Source: Bacilli bacterium (lineage in GTDB: Bacteria > Bacillota_I > Bacilli_A > RFN20 > CAG-826). From it: a stretch of DNA of 64,000 nt. The notes under the pieces are model-generated. The model was not told the origin of the DNA. It did not search any database and saw nothing but the letters and a program-made list of their open reading frames with translations. This document shows, piece after piece, positions 1-9,073 of this stretch. Numbering within the stretch: the first letter of the stretch is position 1; every line of letters starts with the position of its first letter. The DNA is taken from contig JAGCCQ010000050.1 in assembly GCA_017651565.1 (NCBI GenBank), forward strand, positions 1,918-65,917, in the 5' to 3' direction. A program made the position numbers and the translations under genes.

Positions 1-2
1 TT

Positions 3-3000
3 GTTTTATCTATAATTGAGGCTAATGCAAGAATATGTCCTTTGGCTAATAAATTAAACCGAAGTGATTATTTAAACTATTGGTCTGATGGTGGAATAGA
101 TATAGGAAGAACAAGTGGAACCAAATCATTTAAAGAGGTTTATGCTTATTTTGATTTTGAGGAGAGCCTTTCTTCTTATGATAAGAGTATTACCGATGAA
201 GAAGTTAAGTTTATGGATAAGAACCTAGAGGAAGAAGAGGAAAAACTAGGTAAGTATGTAGCAGATGTTATAAAAGAACACTATGACGAGTTACTAGATA
301 TTATGCTAGATAATGAGTTTATAGACGAGGAAGAATTAGAAGAGTCAGAAAAAATTACTAATACAAACAATGATTTTTATTGTGAGTATTGTTGTAATAT
401 CTTCAGTGGAGAAATGAAGGAAGACGGAAGTATGCCTGATTGTCCTAGATGTGCTAATAGAAGAGCGTATGACACTGATATAAATATGACAGATGAAGAA
501 AGAAATAAACCAGCTAATGCCGATGTGCGTTTACTAAAAGATGGAGATATAGGTTTATTTGATGGAAATACTGTTCTAGACGAATTAGGTAGTGATTATG
601 AAGGAGTACTTGCTATGTATGACCTTCTTGGATATGACATAGAAGACGAGTTTATTTGGGAAGATATAGTTGATGACGCAGATAGTGAAAAACTTTATAT
701 AAAAAATGGAGACTTCTATTTAGATAAAGATGGAAAAACTGTTGTTTATAAAGGAAGAGACTCTGCAAACTTCCCTATTGTTTCTATTGTTAAGGGAAAT
801 AAGATAAAAGAAAGTATGTCATTAAAAGAAGAAGTAAATAATGAAATTGATAGTCACATTGAAAGTTTTAGAGGACCAGATCATAGTGGTTACTTTGATA
901 TGGACTTGTATGCTATAACTGTAAGAAGTGACTCAAAAGAAAGATACTTCTGGGCTTATTATAATTTCTCTGGTAAGCCAACAGTATATCCAGGTTATAA
1001 CCCAAGTCCAGAAGAAAAGAAGTTATTAAAACAAATGACAGGTGCAGAGGACTTTGAAGCAGGGTTAGATATTCTAGCAAATTATATAGATAAAAATCTA
1101 GATAGATTATTAAAAGAAAAAAATAAAAAAGGTATCTTTGATGTTTCATCTATGGAAGAATTAGACGAAGGATCCTTTGATGATTTAGACGCAGAGTATG
1201 GAAGTGTTGAAGAAGAAAACGGAAAGAAGTACTATGTTGCTGGTAGTACTCAACAAGGTTATTGTTATAAAAGTGTAGCAACATATAAGAATAGTCCAGA
1301 CGAAGTTTGCTATATTAGTGAGAGTGCCTTTGATGATAATAATGCAGTTGACGGAAAACTTCCACTAGACTATGTTGAAAAGAATAAAAATAAGTTAATT
1401 GAGGTTGGTAGTGTATCAACACACAATTCAATTCTTGAAGAAGTTAGAAGTGCTCTTGTTTTTGATAACTATAACTATACAGATAATTCTGGGAAAGTTA
1501 TTGAAGCAAAAGATTTTGATAATGAACTTATTGAGATGTTGGCTTTAGAAGCTTTTGAAATAGTTGATTGGCAAGGTACAGGATCATTTATTGGAGAACA
1601 AGATTATAAAGAAACTATTGAAGAGTATTATAGTCATAAACTTAATGAGAGTGTTACTGTTAAAAAACATAAAAGGTTAAGAGAGTCAGCATTACCAGAC
1701 GGAGTTGAAGTTACAGAAGATGGTTATCTTGTTGTAAAAGATTTTATTTATTACTTTATAGTTGGTGTTGCAAAAATACCAATGTATAGTGATGAAGACG
1801 ATAGTGAAGGTTGGGTTGAAACAGATTTTAATATACCTTTTAAAGTTAAAGACGAAAACTATGGAGTATTACCTTCTTTAGAAATGGCTGTTGAGTATGT
1901 TAAGTCCTATGTAGAGTCTGGAATACCAGGAACTTGTGGTGTTGTTGTTGAGTGTAAGACACCTGATTATGTAAGTGAAATGGACGCTGACGATAAGGAT
2001 AGAAATATTTACAATGGTTTTGCCGAGTGGGTAGATCCTTATGATATATATCATTATAAAGATAGTGACGGAAAAGTAGTTTATAGTGCTTATACAGACG
2101 AAAACAGTAACTTAATTGAAACAACGAAGGATACATCAACTGATAAAGTATCAATATCTTATAGTCCTAGTCCTGAAGTTTATGCAAATCTAATGGGGCT
2201 TAAATCTTTTGTAGAAGATAAGAGTAATAGAGAGTTATTCAAGTCAGATGGTATAGATGAAGAAGTAATTGATCTTGTTAATAATATTGTTAAGGGTTTA
2301 AAAAGTTTTAAGTTTAAATCTAAAAATGACTTTGTATCTTCTTTAGAACATATAAATAGTTTTATTGATGAAACAAAAGAATATTTTTACGATGGTATTG
2401 ATATAGATATAAAAGAGTATGTTAATTCTGTAATAGAGTCTGCTAAAAAAGGTATAAAGGAGTCTTTTAATACCAAGGCTTTGCGTAGGGTTTTAAAAGA
2501 AACAACAGATGAAGAAATAAATAAATTAAAAGTTGAACTTAAGAATAGAGCAGAAGATTTATATCACGATGGAGATATAAGTTTTGAATTAGATGAAAAA
2601 GATCTAGATCGTTTGGCTTATAAAATAAAACTTGGTGGTTTCTTTATATCTAATAATATATTTACTGACAATAATGATGAATATGAGTGGCAACAGATAA
2701 ATGATTTCTTGGACGATAGTATCCGTGATTATGCAGGGGAGAAAAGTATAAGAGATAAGTACAAAGATTTAAGTGACCTATCAACAACAAAAGACTTTAA
2801 ACAATTAGCAGATAGTTTAGACGATGAGACACTAAAAAATATTCAAAAAGTATTAGCACATTACATAGATTATACAGATAAAAATGATGACGGTGTTAAA
2901 GATATTATCGGAGAGTATACTACTCAATTTGGTAATGACTATGTAATTGATTGGTATGAAGGTTTAATGAGTACTAATGAGTTTATTAGTGAAATTAAAG

Positions 3001-4799
3001 ATAGTGGTTACACAGTTGAACCTAGGTTTAACGAATCAGTTAAGAACCTAAAAGAAGCAAGTAAGAAAACTGAACTTACAAAGTTTGATTGGAAAGATGG
3101 TTTAGACGGCTTTGATTACTATATGGATAAGGACAAATATATTTATGCTAAATCTAAAGATAGTGGAAGACTTTATTCTTGTACTGATGATGGAGATCCA
3201 GAAATAGAAATAGAAGATGACGAAAACTATATACTTAAGGAAGATAAAAAAACCGATCTTGAAAAAACTATTAGATCAAACACACAAAATAAAATAAAAA
3301 ATATTAGAGACATTAAAGATAATGAGTCTGGTACTGTTGTTTTAAACTTTGAATATCTTTATGATGACGAAGGTAATACAACAGTTAAGGGTTATGATAT
3401 AGTTTGTGACGATACAGGTGTTTATGATTTATTTGCAGACTATACATTATTAGGATCTAGTGGGGAAACTTTTGATTATAGATGGAATAAAAACGATGAT
3501 ACATTTGATTGTAGTGTTGTTGGAAAAGATTGTTGGTTTACTCTTACAGCAGAAGAGTTTAATATTGCTAATGAGGATATAAAAGAGTCTAGTCTTAATG
3601 AAAGTGCTTTTACTTCATTTAGATCTAGCCACCAGGACGAAGGTTTTTTAGGAAGACTTTGGTTTGAAATAGATGGTAAACCTTATACAATAGATTTATT
3701 TAAGATTGATGGAGAATATAGTCTAATTTATGGCATATATATTCCAGACGAATTACAAAAGTTTGTTGATGACTACGGTGGATACAAAAAGTTTTTACAA
3801 GACGCTATAGACTATGTTAAAGATAGTGGTTATTTAAAAGAGTCAGACATCTTTAAACCATTTGAAATTGAATCACTTGAAGGAAAAAGTGATTACGAAC
3901 TAGATGATTATGCTGATAAGTTACAACAAGAACTTAAGAGTGTTTATGAAAACGATGAGGCTAGTGCTTTAAGATATGACATATTAGACTTACTTAATAA
4001 AAAAGAAAAAGCAAATAATAGAGCCTCTGGAAATGGTTTAAGATATAATAAGAAACTAATTGAACTTATACATAAAGCTGAAGGTTATTTAGAAGAGTCA
4101 GTTGCTCCTAAAAAACCAAAGAAAAAGAAAAAGGGAGATAAAAAGGACGAGAAACGAGTTATTATGCAACAAGGAAATGTAACTTGTATAAAAGAAAGTA
4201 ATAATAAGTTTCTAGTATTTGAAAACGAAAACGATAATGAAAAAGAATATAAAGATCAAGATACTGCTATGGCTGATTTTTTACAAAGAGTTGGCGTTGA
4301 TCCTAATAGTGAACTAACAGAGAGTGTTAAAAGATATAATTTATTTGGAGATATAGTTGTATTAGATACTGATAATAAAAAACTTATAGTAAATGATAAA
4401 GAGTTTACATTTGATAAAATGGATGAGTTTGTTAAACAGGCTCGAGGCTCTAACAGACTATACAAGCCAATGGCACTATTACTTTACACAGATTATAAAA
4501 ATGGTAAGTTAAAAAATTGGGAAAGTGAAGCAATAAATGAAAGTGCTAAAGACTTTATACCAGAATTAATTGATAAGTATGTAGAAAACTATAATAAATC
4601 GCAGAAATGGATAAGAGGTAGGCGTAGACCAAGAGAAAAACAACCAGAAGATTTCGAGTGGCGATATATGGCTGGTAACATAGATGGTATGAAGGTTAGG
4701 GGCGAAGAAGAAATACAAATATTCGACAATAGTACGGGCGAATATTTAGGTCCACATAGTAAATATATTAATAGTGTGAGATCTGGCGATAGACACTAA
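3..4799 (+). CDS. Large acidic multi-module polyprotein, putative head internal (cargo) protein; 5' end lies outside the window
   Basis: The frame is open from base 3 (VLSIIEANARICP-LANK...), so the TTG at 42 is probably not the start. Roughly 20 L/I/F-x-E-[SAG] motifs (LEES, IKES, LNES, LRES, LKEAS, LTES, INES) separate small domains, including a CxxC...CxxC zinc ribbon. Confidence 0.75.
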   Translation, partial: VLSIIEANARICPLANKLNRSDYLNYWSDGGIDIGRTSGTKSFKEVYAYFDFEESLSSYDKSITDEEVKFMDKNLEEEEEKLGKYVADVIKEHYDELLDIMLDNEFIDEEELEESEKITNTNNDFYCEYCCNIFSGEMKEDGSMPDCPRCANRRAYDTDINMTDEERNKPANADVRLLKDGDIGLFDGNTVLDELGSDYEGVLAMYDLLGYDIEDEFIWEDIVDDADSEKLYIKNGDFYLDKDGKTVVYKGRDSANFPIVSIVKGNKIKESMSLKEEVNNEIDSHIESFRGPDHSGYFDMDLYAITVRSDSKERYFWAYYNFSGKPTVYPGYNPSPEEKKLLKQMTGAEDFEAGLDILANYIDKNLDRLLKEKNKKGIFDVSSMEELDEGSFDDLDAEYGSVEEENGKKYYVAGSTQQGYCYKSVATYKNSPDEVCYISESAFDDNNAVDGKLPLDYVEKNKNKLIEVGSVSTHNSILEEVRSALVFDNYNYTDNSGKVIEAKDFDNELIEMLALEAFEIVDWQGTGSFIGEQDYKETIEEYYSHKLNESVTVKKHKRLRESALPDGVEVTEDGYLVVKDFIYYFIVGVAKIPMYSDEDDSEGWVETDFNIPFKVKDENYGVLPSLEMAVEYVKSYVESGIPGTCGVVVECKTPDYVSEMDADDKDRNIYNGFAEWVDPYDIYHYKDSDGKVVYSAYTDENSNLIETTKDTSTDKVSISYSPSPEVYANLMGLKSFVEDKSNRELFKSDGIDEEVIDLVNNIVKGLKSFKFKSKNDFVSSLEHINSFIDETKEYFYDGIDIDIKEYVNSVIESAKKGIKESFNTKALRRVLKETTDEEINKLKVELKNRAEDLYHDGDISFELDEKDLDRLAYKIKLGGFFISNNIFTDNNDEYEWQQINDFLDDSIRDYAGEKSIRDKYKDLSDLSTTKDFKQLADSLDDETLKNIQKVLAHYIDYTDKNDDGVKDIIGEYTTQFGNDYVIDWYEGLMSTNEFISEIKDSGYTVEPRFNESVKNLKEASKKTELTKFDWKDGLDGFDYYMDKDKYIYAKSKDSGRLYSCTDDGDPEIEIEDDENYILKEDKKTDLEKTIRSNTQNKIKNIRDIKDNESGTVVLNFEYLYDDEGNTTVKGYDIVCDDTGVYDLFADYTLLGSSGETFDYRWNKNDDTFDCSVVGKDCWFTLTAEEFNIANEDIKESSLNESAFTSFRSSHQDEGFLGRLWFEIDGKPYTIDLFKIDGEYSLIYGIYIPDELQKFVDDYGGYKKFLQDAIDYVKDSGYLKESDIFKPFEIESLEGKSDYELDDYADKLQQELKSVYENDEASALRYDILDLLNKKEKANNRASGNGLRYNKKLIELIHKAEGYLEESVAPKKPKKKKKGDKKDEKRVIMQQGNVTCIKESNNKFLVFENENDNEKEYKDQDTAMADFLQRVGVDPNSELTESVKRYNLFGDIVVLDTDNKKLIVNDKEFTFDKMDEFVKQARGSNRLYKPMALLLYTDYKNGKLKNWESEAINESAKDFIPELIDKYVENYNKSQKWIRGRRRPREKQPEDFEWRYMAGNIDGMKVRGEEEIQIFDNSTGEYLGPHSKYINSVRSGDRH

Positions 4800-4816
4800 T
4801 AACAAATTATAAAGTA

Positions 4817-4837
4817 TCGTATAATAATTTAGAGGAG
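4817..4837 (+). promoter_or_regulatory. Phage promoter class A (TCGTATAATAATTTAG) abutting the RBS
   Basis: Near-identical to the motifs at 20900, 24339 and 25885; no canonical -35. Confidence 0.6.
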
Positions 4838-4842
4838 AGTTT

Positions 4843-5283
4843 ATGGAAAACAATTTAGAGCAAGGTAAAGAAATCGTTAATAACTCAAAGCCAGGGAAGA
4901 CTTATTCTCTGGCAGAGTTAAACGAGATAGTTAAAATGATAACAGAGAAGAAAGATGAGGTATTATCTTCTAGAGGGGAACTTAAGGTATTGGCAGCTCA
5001 CGAGTTGTCAGATACAAAGAAGATGACTAATAATTATAAAATAGCCGTTGAAAGAAACAATGCTACTATGGACTTAATTGTTGATATAAAAGATAACGCA
5101 TTAAGGTTTAAGTTAATCTCAAATAGAATAGATATAGCCACATCATTAGGTCAAGAACAGGTAAGACAGATTGAGTATCTTATTAAGGTGCTTAATGAAG
5201 TACTTGGTATCTTGAGAGAAGAAGAAAAGAAGTTAGACAGAGTTATAAGATTTTATGAAAGAAATTATAATTCCTATGTTTAA
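4843..5283 (+). CDS. Helical/coiled-coil hypothetical protein (possibly a UvsY-like recombination mediator)
   Basis: 146 aa, GAGGAG RBS; shares its promoter motif with recA, the sbcC C-half and sbcD. The function is a guess. Confidence 0.45.
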   Translation: MENNLEQGKEIVNNSKPGKTYSLAELNEIVKMITEKKDEVLSSRGELKVLAAHELSDTKKMTNNYKIAVERNNATMDLIVDIKDNALRFKLISNRIDIATSLGQEQVRQIEYLIKVLNEVLGILREEEKKLDRVIRFYERNYNSYV

Positions 5284-5298
5284 TTTAGGGAGGTAACA

Positions 5299-5826
5299 AT
5301 GAACTTATACGAAAGTATTAGGAACAATTTTGATAAGTTAAACGAGGCTAAAGATAGTCAAGTAACTAATTATATAGTTAACCGTGGAGATTATACTTTA
5401 ACTGTGACACAGAACCTTGTTGGTGGAAATGCTGTTTTAAAAGATAAAAGTGGAAAAGTTGTTGGTAAGTTAAAGTTTACAGAGAAGGACGAACCCTTCT
5501 ATAGTGATACAGTTGTAGATACTAATGACTTAACACACTTAATAAGTAAACTTAAACCAAATATTGGTATTTATAGTTTATACCGAGAAGGATATGAAGA
5601 TGAAGATCTTTTAGATCCAGATAGTAATAGCGATACAGAACTTTGGGTAAACGGCAAGATCTATTGGCAAGGATCTGCTAAAGATGTAGATGTAAATCTA
5701 TTAATGGATGTTGCAGATCAAGCTTCAGAAGAAGATGGAAAGATTTACGATACAGACGAAGTCGAGATAGTTTATACAGGCGAAGGTGGAGAACCTGACG
5801 CTACTCTACCTTGGGCTCGTTATTAA
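5299..5826 (+). CDS. Putative internal head protein with capsid-targeting-like leader
   Basis: N-terminus MNLYESIRNNFDKLNE|A; acidic body; GGAGG RBS. Confidence 0.65.
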   Translation: MNLYESIRNNFDKLNEAKDSQVTNYIVNRGDYTLTVTQNLVGGNAVLKDKSGKVVGKLKFTEKDEPFYSDTVVDTNDLTHLISKLKPNIGIYSLYREGYEDEDLLDPDSNSDTELWVNGKIYWQGSAKDVDVNLLMDVADQASEEDGKIYDTDEVEIVYTGEGGEPDATLPWARY

Positions 5827-5855
5827 GTTTAAAATATATAGTAAGGAGATATAGT

Positions 5856-5990
5856 ATGGCAAAAAGTAAAAGTAGTAGAGGTAAAGATTTTTACACTAGA
5901 CAGTACGCTAAAACAGAAGCGAACTTGAAAAGAAAAGGAAAAACTAATAAAAAAAGAAATCACGCTGGATACAAAGCCAATGTGAAATAA
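5856..5990 (+). CDS. Small basic protein (44 aa), not in the ORF track
   Basis: AAGGAG RBS, ATG 5856, MAKSKSSRGKDFYTRQYAKTEANLKRKGKTNKKRNHAGYKANVK*; fills the intergenic gap. Confidence 0.65.
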   Translation: MAKSKSSRGKDFYTRQYAKTEANLKRKGKTNKKRNHAGYKANVK

Positions 5991-6003
5991 AGGAGGTATT
6001 ACT

Positions 6004-6291
6004 ATGAGAAATAGTGATGTTGAAGTTGTATCGACAAAAGATTTAAGTGGTCTTATGATCGGTTATCAAGCAGGGGTAAATAGAATAGTTATTGTTACAA
6101 AAGACGGAGAGAAGTTAAGAAGAAACTTGGCTGTTAAAGGTTTAAATATCTTAAGAGCCCCTGGAGAGTCTGGATGTAACTTTAGTTATTATAATTATGA
6201 TGACGGACAACTTCATATAATAAATATGAAATATGTTGATAAGATACAATTATATAGAGATAAAGAATTAGTAGGAGAGATTGTAGAATAA
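6004..6291 (+). CDS. Hypothetical protein
   Basis: 95 aa, AGGAGG RBS. Confidence 0.7.
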   Translation: MRNSDVEVVSTKDLSGLMIGYQAGVNRIVIVTKDGEKLRRNLAVKGLNILRAPGESGCNFSYYNYDDGQLHIINMKYVDKIQLYRDKELVGEIVE

Positions 6292-6303
6292 GGAGGTAGT
6301 GTT

Positions 6304-9072
6304 ATGAATATTTATGAAAGTGTTAGAACTAATCTAAATGAAGTTAAAAAAATAAAAAACGATAAAAGCCTATTACAAAAAGTTTTAGATACTGCTGAAA
6401 ACCTTGGTTGGACTTATAGTGAAGTTAATTATGCTGGAGACGAAAAAGGTTATGAGTTTTATCAATACAGCCCAGCAGGAGAAGATTTTAGTTTTTCTTC
6501 TTGTTATGGTAGCGAAAGTTTATCAGATGATGAAAAAGGAAGAAACTTAATCAAGGATATAGTTGATTATGCTAATGACTTTGATACAAACGAACACGCT
6601 GGTATGTTATACAATGCAGGACAAGAAGGTTTTGAAGGCGTACCAGATTTAGATATACTTGTTGATGACGCAAAAGATATTGATAATATGTTACAAGATC
6701 TAGCAAATGAACTTGAAAAGATTAATGATGTTATGAACGAAAGTTACACATATTTTTGGCAAGATGATATTGAAGAAGTTGATTATTCTGAAGATAATGA
6801 CGAGATTTGGTATGCTGTTGCTAGTAATATGTGTGAAAAGGAACCAGAAGAATATGGAGACGATCCAACAGAAGTAATGAGCGATATAATTTCTATTTGG
6901 AAGATAGAGAAGAGAAGCCGTTTATATAAATACCTATTAAAGTGGTATGGATCTGAAGAAAAACTTTTAGATAATGTTAGAGATGTTTATGAAACAGATA
7001 ATGCTATTTATTTCGTAACAGGTTGTGGTTATTCAATCTTTTCTGCAGACTTACTTGGTGGTACTGCTGATGGTAATGCAGGAAGAGAGTTTGACGCTAT
7101 GGTTAGACAGGAAGAAGGACTTAATGAAGGAGTGCTTGAACCAAAATACTCATCAAGAAAGAGTTTCTATGGTAAAGCTGGTACTGATAGCACAGCTGAA
7201 GGTAATGTTTTAACAAGTTATGGAACACCTATAATGAGAATTAAAGATGGAAATGTTGAAATGTTATGTGGCGAGTGGGCTTTAACAAGTACAACATTAA
7301 GACATATAAGAGAGTTTATGCAACAAAACGGTCTTGAACCTTTATCTAAAAGACAATTAATTGATCTAATTAATAAAAAAGGTTTAAGAGAAAGTAAAAA
7401 AGATAAAGAGTCAGATAAACTTTTTAAGGCTTTAGTTAATTCAGATAAGTTTATTAAACAAGTTGAAAAAGAAAAAGGTTTAAAAAACTTAACTTCAAAA
7501 TCAGGAGAAGTAATTGATAGAGCAGAGGAGTATATTCAAGGCGACTATGAAGGTGCTCTTAAGTTTGCTGGTTTAAAGGAAAGTAAAGAAGATAAAGAAT
7601 ATAAGAAACAAGTTGAAGATGAAGGTAAGATGGCTGACGCTATACACCAAGAGTTTAAGAAATCTAAAAATAAAACTAGAAAAGAATTAGAAAAGATTTG
7701 TAAGAAGCATAATGTTGGTGTTGAAGATTATCTATACGCTGACGGTTATCAAGGAAACTTTGACGAATTAGTAAATGAATTAAAAGAGTCAGACAGTTTT
7801 AACTATAATGGTTACACATTTAGACCTGTAGGTAACTTTAAATCAAATAAAAACTTTGCTAGTTTTATAAATAGAGATATAGATAGTAATATTAATAATA
7901 ATTTTAAATATGACGATTTCTATAAAGTAGCACCAGAGGTTGATCTATTTACAGTTGATGAGTTAGATAATGCTTTGGTAATGCCTGGATCAAATGGTTT
8001 CTTTAGATATAGAGGAACTGAAGACGATTATATTCCAATGGAAAACCTTAAGAGTAAAGCAGAGTTAAACACTGTTGATAACCTAGGGTATATTGGAGAC
8101 GAATACGATAAAGAGATAGTTGATGATATACTTGGTAGTGAAGATTATGGAAGTATAGCACATAAAGTTGGTTGGGCTCTTAATAGGTATCAATTATATA
8201 ATTTAGCAACACTTTATATTAATGACGAAAGCACAAGAGAAAAAATTGAAGAATTACTTACTGATATTAATTATCATAGTGAGTGCTCTGACCTAATGGA
8301 TAACCCAGAAGCATTTAGAGATAGTCTTATGACAAGTTTATCTGAAAGTGCTACTGTGGTAGGTAAAAAGATATTAAAAGAAGCACCAACAGAAGAACAA
8401 GAAGACGAAGAGTTTGTACTTGCTGATGGTGGTATTAGTGATAATAGTCCAGAAAAGATGACAGCAGAAGAGACAGGCGAGGAAATGTCAGACACAGAAT
8501 ATGAGGAAGAAGCAGAGGATGACGCTAAAGATATAGTTAAAGACGATATTGAAGAACCGTTCTATGCTACCGTTCCTGAATATGATGAGTTAAGAGAAGT
8601 ACTTGTTGATCTAGACTATAGATTATTACTAATAAATGACGATATAGTTTGTATTGGAAGACTTAATGGACCAGATATAGAAATACTTACATCTAACCAC
8701 GAAAGTAGTGACGATATAAATAAATCAGAGTCAAATGATAAATCAGACGAAATAGAAGAAAGAGCTGAAGAGAACGAAGAAGATAGTTATGAATACTTAT
8801 GGATCAAAGCACCAAAGGGCTCTTTAGAAGATTTCTTAAAACAAGTTAATGTATTATATCTATCTCCTGAAATGAGTGAAGAAGATAAAGAACAATACGC
8901 TGGTCTTGAGGCTAATCACGAAAGCGTAATGAATTATCTAATGAACGAATTACCAGAGGATAAGAGAAAAGATAAAAAGGAAGAAGAAACTGAAGAAGAA
9001 GTGGAAGAGGAAACAGTAGAAGAACCTACTGAAGAAGTATCTACTGAAACTGAAGTTGAGGAGGAAAAATAG
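6304..9072 (+). CDS. Multi-module polyprotein, putative head internal/core protein
   Basis: Leader MNIYESVRTNLNE; internal MNES, LNEG, LRES, LKES, LSES, LKEA. Modules include a YSPAGEDF...GVP domain and an SFYGKA...TTLRHIREF domain; Glu-rich tail. Confidence 0.7.
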   Translation: MNIYESVRTNLNEVKKIKNDKSLLQKVLDTAENLGWTYSEVNYAGDEKGYEFYQYSPAGEDFSFSSCYGSESLSDDEKGRNLIKDIVDYANDFDTNEHAGMLYNAGQEGFEGVPDLDILVDDAKDIDNMLQDLANELEKINDVMNESYTYFWQDDIEEVDYSEDNDEIWYAVASNMCEKEPEEYGDDPTEVMSDIISIWKIEKRSRLYKYLLKWYGSEEKLLDNVRDVYETDNAIYFVTGCGYSIFSADLLGGTADGNAGREFDAMVRQEEGLNEGVLEPKYSSRKSFYGKAGTDSTAEGNVLTSYGTPIMRIKDGNVEMLCGEWALTSTTLRHIREFMQQNGLEPLSKRQLIDLINKKGLRESKKDKESDKLFKALVNSDKFIKQVEKEKGLKNLTSKSGEVIDRAEEYIQGDYEGALKFAGLKESKEDKEYKKQVEDEGKMADAIHQEFKKSKNKTRKELEKICKKHNVGVEDYLYADGYQGNFDELVNELKESDSFNYNGYTFRPVGNFKSNKNFASFINRDIDSNINNNFKYDDFYKVAPEVDLFTVDELDNALVMPGSNGFFRYRGTEDDYIPMENLKSKAELNTVDNLGYIGDEYDKEIVDDILGSEDYGSIAHKVGWALNRYQLYNLATLYINDESTREKIEELLTDINYHSECSDLMDNPEAFRDSLMTSLSESATVVGKKILKEAPTEEQEDEEFVLADGGISDNSPEKMTAEETGEEMSDTEYEEEAEDDAKDIVKDDIEEPFYATVPEYDELREVLVDLDYRLLLINDDIVCIGRLNGPDIEILTSNHESSDDINKSESNDKSDEIEERAEENEEDSYEYLWIKAPKGSLEDFLKQVNVLYLSPEMSEEDKEQYAGLEANHESVMNYLMNELPEDKRKDKKEEETEEEVEEETVEEPTEEVSTETEVEEEK

Positions 9073-9073
9073 T

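Noticed and set aside
42-44. TTG start of the first ORF and the TATAAT at base 11 as its promoter
   Set aside because: The frame is open upstream to the window edge and there is no RBS, so the gene probably starts before the window.
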